Shown here piece after piece: positions 51,354 through 60,615 of a stretch of 64,000 bases of DNA (positions within the stretch are counted from its first letter, which is position 1; every line of letters begins with the position of its first letter). Origin of the DNA: Botryllus schlosseri (Eukaryota); the NCBI GenBank assembly GCA_051294905.1, contig CM119373.1, positions 33,914,001-33,978,000 on the forward strand, written 5' to 3'. A model generated the notes under the pieces. The model had not been told where the DNA came from. It saw only the letters and a program-made list of their open reading frames with translations, and did not search any database. Made by a program: the position numbers and the translations under genes.

Positions 51354-52262
51354 CAGTGTTGGGATCAAGTCACCACCTTCGAGTCACGAGTCATTGCATA
51401 TTTTGACTCGAGTCAAGTCAAGTTAATCGATTTTCAAAGGTGACTTGAGTCAAGTCAAGTCACTTGAATGTTGGAGGTGACTCGAGTCAAGTCGTGTCAA
51501 GTCAAGTCAAGTCACAATTCAAGTCAAGTCGCCTTTTCGAAGTATGAGGCATGATTATGTCATTGCATTTTGCTAGCTGTCTGAAATACAGATTAAGTGG
51601 TCATTATTCTGAACTGATGAACGAATATAAATATACACGCAAGATGGTGCTGTATCGCTCACGTATACGTACAGCTGTTGAACTACGTAAGTAATTGCAT
51701 AGCCTCAGTTTATAGTTACCAGCCAAAATAGAGAATAGAGAGACGAATTGATAAGATGGAATACATTACCAATGTATACATATTGATATGATACGATTCG
51801 AATCGACTCCAATGGTTGAGTAAACTATATTTCAATTCATTTTCAATAAAACAAGAGGTTTGGATAAGGTAAGAACAGGGAACAGAAATATATATTTTAC
51901 TATTCAATTACTTTACTACTTGTTCACGACAACATAAGTTGTTAACTTCGAACACTTCTTTTGTGGTCAATTTATTTGTGAGTGAACAATGTGAACAACT
52001 CAGTAAAACGCACCATAATTAAATGATTGGTCGCTCTCACGGTTTACACCAGCGTTTCGCGAACAATCTGAACATATGCAAGATTCATTGATTTTTATCG
52101 ACACCGATAATGTTATGACTTGAAATTGACTCGTGAATTTTTCACCGAGTCATGAGTCAATCAACATTTCTGATATGCCAAGTCAAGTCAAGTCATTTTA
52201 GCAAAGTGAGCGGAGTTAAGTCAAGTCATAGGAAAAAGGTGACTCGAATCATACCAACACTG
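51354..52262. mobile_element. hAT MITE (CAGTGTTGG family) in K10 5' leader
   Basis: TIR CAGTGTTGG/CCAACACTG; perfect TSD gagattag; same family as 31216..32096. Confidence 0.9.
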
Positions 52263-53943
52263 GAGATTAGTTGTACTTTCGGTATCATCATATTCGGAAG
52301 AAAATGGAATCCCACATGTCATCGATGAATATTATAGGGCAAAGCACATTTTTGGGTCTCAACAAAATCTGAGAAGAAATCCCTACTTTATTCTACAGAA
52401 AGCCAATAAAACACAGACATGTACAGTGGACACAAAAAGATGGCAAAAAGGTACCCACATAGTAACAGGCAAGCCAAATCGTATGGGAAAAACTTTTTAC
52501 AGTAAGTAACAAAAACGTACTATAAAATTGTAGTTTGTGATGCTGAACTAGAGTGTCAGGAGAACCGACTTATAGTACTTGAACGAGTTACACATTTTGA
52601 AAATCTTTCCAGCATCCACTAACAAGTAGTGCCAAGCACAATTTTGTTCAGTTCATCAAGAATTTTCATCAATTCAAAACACCACAAGACTGCGATGCAA
52701 TGAAAAAGAGGAATGTCTCGATACGATTTGGTGTAGTCTTTGAAATCAGACACCTACCCAGGCCTAGGCAAAGTAAAGGGAAGGCATGCACACTGAACGA
52801 AGAGCAAAAGAAGATAATACAAAAAGACGAGCGAAAAAATGAGGTGGCATGTGACGGAATGCGAGATCAATATGTCAGGTCATGGTCTGGAACACATGAA
52901 GGCTGACTAGTATTCATTCAGTAGAAATTGATTGTATTTCGACTTGAATATGGACACACTCGAGGAATGTTGGATTGCAGACTTGATGATTCAAGTGCTC
53001 TAATCCAAACCCTGTAAAAAATGTTATGATCCGAGTCGAGAAGTGGCAGACGATTAATTTTCGAGTACTGAGATCATACATCGTTTTGCATTAAAGAATA
53101 TATCATTAACGACATTTAGAGTGACGATGCTATTTTCTCAACGTAGAAGCGTCAAAACCGGATTCGCAGCACCTAAAACTCATAGCACAGAGCCACGCAG
53201 GTTGCTGGTGATTAAATTTCCGCCAAGTCATGATTAACCCACAGCATTGTCACAAAGTGAAAAAACACTAAATTATCTATATGAGGTGTAAAACTGCCCT
53301 TATTTTTGTGGCTGCATTATAGGTAGCCTACATGAACATTACCGATGATTATAGTTCTATGATGAAATATTAGGTGATACTTGAATATACACCTGGTGCG
53401 CAATCTATTAACTCAGGTACCAAGCCCTACTAACAAGCGTAGAACAAACTTCAAAATTTTTAAGCATGGGTATGATACATGTAGGCCTTCATGGAACATA
53501 GAGCGAGAAATATAGAAATGTAGTATGAAAATACACAAGAAACAGACAGAAAGATAGTATGAAAATGGGCATGTAATGAAAATTGATGAGCACATGACGC
53601 TACACAGTTGGCTTGCTTGATAATAAAACTTGCTTATCGTGAAGATTTAAATGAATACTGTGATCCTACATGAATCTGTTATCTTTATTTCGACAGATTT
53701 CCATATACCTCAGCCAAAAGATATCTCTTGCAGTTTTACAGATCTTGCAATTGAATTTAAAGAAAATGGTTCATGTACCAATACTTAATGTTAATAACTG
53801 TGAAGTTTATACTCATCGTTTCACTACCGATGTGGTGAAAGTAGAAATGGAATTACCGCTGTATATTTTGCTGAATTACAAATAGAAGTAGCAATATCCA
53901 TTATCCTAGACATGTCAAAACAAAAAATGACTGATGACACAAC

Positions 53944-54393
53944 CAGGGTCGTGATGAATCGAGTCGCAAATTTCCGTTAACTGGACTTGACTCTTGAGTC
54001 ATTTTATGTATAGACTCGACTTTTACTACAGTCATTGTGAATGACTCGAACAAGTTATAAGACAAGAGACTTTATATTTGAATTGATTCAAATCTCGTGT
54101 AACAGGAACGATACCAGAAAAATAAGCCAAGATCAATTGCTTCGTACGTTTCATTAGACGTGTTAAGACTTGATAAAAATGAGTTTCTTTTGAATTGGGG
54201 CCTTCGATATCACCGAGGAGCTTCTAAAAAGGTGAGTTGAACCGGATTGAACTCTATAGACTATGACTCTACTCGACCATAATTTCTTTGATCTGGACTA
54301 AGACTTGACCCGGTGGCGAGTTTTAAATGACTCGACTTCACTCGAGTAAAATCTCTAAAAGTAATATTGACTTGTGACTTGGCTACAACCCTA
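53944..54393. mobile_element. hAT MITE, ancestral insertion copy 5
   Basis: Perfect TSD gacacaac/gacacaac. Confidence 0.78.
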
Positions 54394-55540
54394 GACACAA
54401 CACAGAGGAATTTTTAAAAATAGAATCCGTTGATATACAGTCGATTCCATGTGGTTATTATGACAATTTCACTCACAAATGTGGTGCAACTGTAAAACTA
54501 CGACAATACATAACTCACGGTGATCTGGTTTACGACATGAAGACAATGCCTTATCGGCATGGTCGAAAAAGAACATATTATCAATATGTACTGTTAAACT
54601 GCCCGTATGTTCTTAGTGGCTGAATTTGAGGTGCATATATCAACATTATCATGGTCATAGTTCTATGATGCAATATTAAGTGTTACTCGAATACACACAT
54701 TGGATTCGCAATCTATTACTCAGGTACTTGATTTTCCCAAGCTACACTAACAATCATAGAACGGATTTCAAATTTTTTAAGCATCAGTATAATACATGTA
54801 GGCATACATGGAACAAAAAGCGAGAAATACAGAAAGATAGTATGAAAATGCACAAGCAATATAAATTGACAGGCACATGTCGCTACAGAAATGACTTGAA
54901 CAATGACAAAACTGTCAATCCTAAATCAGCTGATAAAGACTAGGGGAAGATTGAGAACTGTGGTATAAAAAACAGCCTTGATGAAGGCCGGTATCGCGAA
55001 TAAGACGTTGCCAGCATTTATCAACTGACGTCATACTTGGTGAAACGATTGTTGATATACAATGTTATTTCCAATTCTCTACTAGTTGCTGAAGATTATC
55101 CCTGACGAGTGTCAGGCGTAAATATTCGGGTTCATTTCGATATGAATATACCATTTAATTGTATATTGAAGTTTTGTACCTCCAAGAAGCTCTTAAAAAC
55201 TGTTAAACTACGAAAATAACGAATTCACGGTGATCTGGTTTACGACATGAAGAAAATGCCTTACCTATAATACAGACCATAAGGCAAAACAATAAAGGAA
55301 CAAAATACAGAAATGTCGAGAATGTTAAGAGACATCCATCCTGTAAATTGCATGCAAGTTTGCACATTCCAAATGCGAAGTCAAGTATATGACCTGAAAA
55401 TATCATCCATAATATTTAATTCAGAAAAGCATGCAGATTCCCCATGACATGCCAATTCACACGACAATGAACGTCATGTAAGGTTTAATTCAGGTATATC
55501 GAAGTGTTAATAAAATAAAGTAATCGTTACATACTCAAAG

Positions 55541-56646
55541 TTACTTCATGTCAAAATGGACCTGCATGTGGTTCCTCAAACAAGAACTCCTGACAAATAA
55601 CCTGCCGCAGATTTCACACCCAAAATCTTTCACGTCCAAATGGCTCTTGATATGTTGCCTCAGAGAATGTTTTTGAACAAACGCTTGACCACACGTTTCG
55701 CACTTGAAATCTTTCATATTCAGATGGATACTCATATGCCTATTCAGAGAACACTTTTGGTTAATGAAATGTCGCATCGCTCGCATTTAAAAGCTTTCAC
55801 GTCATAATGGATGAGCATGTGTCGCCGTAGGGATTGCTTTTGACTAAAACGTTTGCCACAGATTTCACACTTGAATTTCACATCAAAATGGATGAGAGTG
55901 TGTTTTTCCAGATACAGCAGGGTGGTGAACGATTTTCCACATGTCTCACACTCATGTCTCTCATCTTTAGTATGCGAATGGATGAGTATGTGGCGCGCTA
56001 AATCCGGTCCTCGCTTGAAAGATATGCCGCATATTTCACACGAGAAATTGTTCACATCCAAATGGATCGCCATATGTCTTTCCAAACTACTCTCAATGCT
56101 ATATGATGAGCCACATATTTCACATTTGAACTCTATACCATCAGTGTGCATCCTCGAATGACTTCTCAGACAATCTTTCTGTCGAAAAAGTTTACCGCAT
56201 ACTTGGCATTCAAAGCTTTTGGCAGAGTGGATGAGCATATGTGATTCCAAAGTCGTCTTTGAGCAGACTAATTTAGCGCAAATTTCGCACTTGTATTATT
56301 TGATACTGGTAACGGTATGGACGTTCCTATGATTTCTCAAATCTTTCTTTGTGAAGAATGATCTTTCACAAATTTCACATTTGAAACCTTTCATGTCAAA
56401 ATGGCGCAGCACGTGATTCTTCAAACCTCTCATTTCTTTCAGAATTTTGCCGCAAATTTCGCACGTGAAATTTTTAGTGCTGGAATGGAACTGTATGTGC
56501 TTTTTCAGATCATCTCTTTGTCCGAAGGGCAGAGCACAAGTTCGACAGGTCACAGTTTCTGCAGCAGTATGGAGCAGTAGGTGATGAGTCAAATTCCATT
56601 TAGAGGACAATGATTTGAAACAAAGGCCACATTGGAAAGGCTTCAT
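55541..56646 (-). pseudogene. Poly-C2H2 ZNF Z7, nonsense codon plus frameshift
   Basis: AAA->TAA at 56296-98; 1-bp deletion at ~55765; close paralog of Z2; ATG (MKPFQC) at 56646. Confidence 0.87.
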
Positions 56647-57063
56647 GCCAGCATATATCCGTGAGTGTTCACTTGAACAGGATTTACTGGAAGAGGGTTT
56701 AAAACAAAATTCACATTTGAAAAGGCTCTCAGTACAAGTGTGAGTCAGCAAGTGCTTTTCCAAATCACTTTTTGTGCTGTAGAATCGACCGTAAACGTCA
56801 CAATTCGTGGTATGGTGTGGCGGAATGAATATACAGTGTTCCTCGTGACCCGCTTTCTAGAGGAATGACTTGCCACAAATTTGACAAAGCGTCTTTATCT
56901 GTGTGCTCCCTACGGACTTGCTGCGTGTCCTGTACCTAAAACTACCGCCAATTGTTCCAATTCATAAGTCAGTCAGAGTTTGAAAATTCGAGGTATTGAC
57001 GAACGACTATGGAAGCAGAGCTGCAGCAGAGATATGCCAATCTATTAATCTTTACGCCTCAAT

Positions 57064-57161
57064 CTGCAAAAGTAAGCATATCTGTTATTAAAATTGTGTA
57101 AATTTTGTTTGTGGAAACCGATTGCAGCAGTGATCAAATGATATTTATATTCAGGGCTGAC
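57064..57161 (-). other. Putative 5'UTR intron of Z7 (98 bp)
   Basis: GTCAGC...CTTACTTTTGCAG. Confidence 0.55.
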
Positions 57162-57559
57162 ATAACACAGTGTTATTCCAATTAGAATTGACTGCAAAAG
57201 TGCAGTGTGACAGTCGCGTTTTTCCAGCTCGTCAAAAAATGGTCGAAACACATCAAGGGGTGCCAAGAAGTTCACAAATCTCGAAGTTTTCTCTGTAACG
57301 TCAGTAACATTTTGATTGGCTCACGTGAGCTCAACACTACAAAATTGAGGGAAATTGGAAAGGAAGGAACACGAAGTCTGAATCAGCTGGGCTTACAGAT
57401 AGTGAGAAAGCGTCATTAACACAGTTTTATAAAACAACGGGTAACGGACAAAAAACTAAAGAAAAGATCCATGCTTTCTCGCAAGATGTATAAAACCAAA
57501 CGCAAGATGTGTGCAAAATCACTAATTTTAAAAATTTGATCCGTTAACGTTTTGTGGCA

Positions 57560-59212
57560 TCACAAGATGATTGCCGAAGCATGGATTCTATTATTCAGAT
57601 ATTCCGGGTCATCACTATGGAAGTCTATCAACGTACTCAACAAATTAGTTTTCGGATTGAACTCGAGGATATCATCGCAGAGCATTTCATCATTGTATCC
57701 ACCACATATGTATATCTTTCCGAGAATACAATGAGTTTTGAAATCCATTCGCTTCAATCCGGGTTTTTGAACTGGAATTATCGTCCACATACTTTCAGCA
57801 CTGGATAGCCAAAGAATGTCGGTTGCACACATACTGTCCACAGTTTTTCCGCCAAGAAGGTAGATGTCCTTATTCAATGTACATGCACTTGCATCAGTTC
57901 TCACAACTGGCAATGATGGTCCATGTGACCAAGTGGATGCTGAAAAGTTGAAACATTCCACATCCAGCACAAATTTAGATGAATATACATCAAAACCACC
58001 AATTGCGTAAATCTTATCCTTAGCTATTGTGTAGGCAGACGCATCCACAATGGATTGCTTGTTAGGAAGCTTCGACCACTTGTTATTGATTGTGTCATAT
58101 TGGACCAAAAAAGACTCCACCCATTTATGACCTGCTAAATAAAATTTCCCTGATTTACGTGCCACTACTTCACCGTATCGGTATTCTCGTAATGGACGTT
58201 CAAGTTTTATCCAGGGTGAATCATATTCAAGAAAATTACGACGGTAGAAATCAGAATTGGTAGCAATGACATATATGTAGCAGTCCATCACAACTATTGC
58301 GCTAAATCGTGTCACACTATCTTTATAATTGACATGCCGCTGCTCGGTCAAAGACTTTCTGTCCATGTCAAACCACATAAAACGTCCTTGTCCATTCGTC
58401 ATTATAATGCCCGGAGTGCAGTCACCTTTGTAATCACTCGCTTCTACATCTGATCTCTCAGGTAGTGACTTCATGATGTACATCATGCATTCGGTGGATT
58501 TGCCAACAGTTGGGTGCTGAGATAAAAATTTACGATAGTAGACGGGTATTTTTTCCATGTCGATGTGCTTCAGTAAATCAAAAAGTTGATCGGCGCGATC
58601 CAAGTCCTCATTAACCCAAATCATTGACGCTTTGCATTTAATAACATCCAATACATGCAAATCTTCAGAGGAAATCAAATCCTCCAGGAGATCGAACTCA
58701 AGTTCCTTGAAATAGGATGTTTTCATGATCGAATGAAAGTGATCGCGAGCAAAACTTCGGCATGCTTGCTGTAACTGCTGACAGAAATACTTCTCAGCAA
58801 TATACCTGGTATCGAAAAACGAGTCTATGTCCAGATTTTCCTTCAGGTAAAGTGACATTGCATCGCATACTTTATCAATTCCAAACAAATGCGCCACATA
58901 CATTAGTTTTTCCGTATTTCGAATCAGAAACAAGGCTTGTCCAGTGTACATGATTTCAATACACGTCATCACACATTCAGGATCGACATGCTTTAAATCA
59001 ACCTTTCCCAACATGTTTTCTTTTGTGTCGTGATTGAGCATCTTTGCAAAATACTCGGAACTTGCGGCAATGACGCACTTGTGAACAAAGATTTCTTTTT
59101 CTCCCGCTTTGATAATGAAGTCGCAATACTGTTGATTGACTCTGAACTCATTAAATTTCGATAGAAGGTCGAGGGCATGACCCGGCTTGCCAATATCCAG
59201 AAGATGTTCCAT
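57560..59212 (-). CDS. BTB-BACK-Kelch protein K11
   Basis: Intact ORF 57560..59293 (GTG); family ATG at 59212. Confidence 0.92.
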   Translation of the reverse strand: MEHLLDIGKPGHALDLLSKFNEFRVNQQYCDFIIKAGEKEIFVHKCVIAASSEYFAKMLNHDTKENMLGKVDLKHVDPECVMTCIEIMYTGQALFLIRNTEKLMYVAHLFGIDKVCDAMSLYLKENLDIDSFFDTRYIAEKYFCQQLQQACRSFARDHFHSIMKTSYFKELEFDLLEDLISSEDLHVLDVIKCKASMIWVNEDLDRADQLFDLLKHIDMEKIPVYYRKFLSQHPTVGKSTECMMYIMKSLPERSDVEASDYKGDCTPGIIMTNGQGRFMWFDMDRKSLTEQRHVNYKDSVTRFSAIVVMDCYIYVIATNSDFYRRNFLEYDSPWIKLERPLREYRYGEVVARKSGKFYLAGHKWVESFLVQYDTINNKWSKLPNKQSIVDASAYTIAKDKIYAIGGFDVYSSKFVLDVECFNFSASTWSHGPSLPVVRTDASACTLNKDIYLLGGKTVDSMCATDILWLSSAESMWTIIPVQKPGLKRMDFKTHCILGKIYICGGYNDEMLCDDILEFNPKTNLLSTLIDFHSDDPEYLNNRIHASAIIL

Positions 59213-59897
59213 CACAGTTAACCAGTTTATAGCAAAAATATATACCTCACTTAAAAACTTTAGAATAATATCGGTAACTGTAACATCATACACATGGTGA
59301 AATTAGTTGTACTATATTTATGCAAGAGTATCATCATATTCCTAACATATGGATAGGAAAGAAAATGCAACCCCACATGTTAGCAAAGAGTGATATCCTT
59401 GGGCTCAGGTGACAGATGATAGAATTAAATCAAAAAATTTAATGGTACAGGGCCATGCACATTTCTGGGTCTCAACAAAATCTACACAAAGCAACAAAAC
59501 ACAGACATGTACAATTGTACAGTGGACACAAAACGATGGCAGAAAAGTACGTACCAAGTAACAGCCTAGCACCTGGGAAATGAATGCCAAATCGCATCGG
59601 AAAAACTTTTTAGCGTACGTAACAAAAACGTACTATAAAGTTGTAGTTTGTGACGCTGAACCACAGTTTCAGGAGAACCAACTTATAGTACTTGAACAAG
59701 TTACACATTTTGAAAATCTTTCCAGCATCCACAAGCAAGTAGTGACGAACACAATTAAGTTCAGTTCATCAGGAATTTTCATCAACTCAAAACACCAGAA
59801 GACTGCGATACAATGAAAAAATAGTGAGGTGTGGAAACGATTTGGAGTGTCTTTGAAATCAGACACCCACCTGGGCCGGAGCAAAGTAAATGGAAGG

Positions 59898-60392
59898 CTA
59901 TTATATATAAAAATAAATAATATTAAATTTGAAAATTTTCTGTTCGATCCTCGATCCTCGCCAAATTTGGTTCAATTCCAACCAGTGGAAGCGGAGTTAT
60001 TGCCGTCGAAAAATTATGATTTGAATAAAATAGTATTTACGGTGAGCACATCTATCATAAATAAACAAAGAATCGGTCACCGTAAATACTATTTTATTCA
60101 AATCAAAATTTTTCGACGGCAATAACTCCGCTTCCACTGGTTGGAATTGAACCAAATTTGGTGAGGATCGTTTCTATAGACAGCCTAAAACTTTCATGGG
60201 GTGAACAGAAAATTTTCAAATTTAATATTATTTATTTTTATATAATAGATAGAAACTTTCTTCTCCTGTAGCAAAGCGGTCACTGGCTGGAATTGAACCA
60301 AATTTTGTGTGTAGGCTTAAATTAGGTAACCTAACAATTTTATCAAGTAGCCAGTACGATTTGAGAAAAAAAGTCATTTTTGAACAGCACTA
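59898..60392. mobile_element. Foldback element, left-truncated, with ~350-bp palindrome
   Basis: Arms 59898-60045 and 60077-60248; absent from the paralogous site at ~1637; right end matches 37540-37630. Confidence 0.75.
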
Positions 60393-60615
60393 ATGCACAT
60401 TGAACGAAGAGCAAAAGAAGATAGTACAAAAAGACAAGAGACAAAATGAGGTGGCATGCGACAAAAGGCGAGCTCGATATGTCAGGTCATGGCCTGGTAC
60501 ACTTGAGGGCTGACTAGTGTTCGTTCAGTAGAAATTGATTGTATTTCGACTTGAATATGGATACACTCTAGGAATGTCGGATAGCCGACGAGATGACGAT
60601 TCGAATGCTCTAATC

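Noticed and set aside
1-59212. Whole Kelch-ZNF unit as a single giant transposon or viral insert
   Set aside because: No TIRs, TSDs, Rep/Helicase or viral core genes bound the units; putative spliceosomal 5'UTR introns and tandem mosaic structure favour host gene duplication.
59213-59293. 27-aa N-terminal extension (MYDVTV...) of Kelch ORFs
   Set aside because: Begins with GTG in K1, K6 and K11 and is broken in K2, K5, K7 and K8; only K4 has an ATG.
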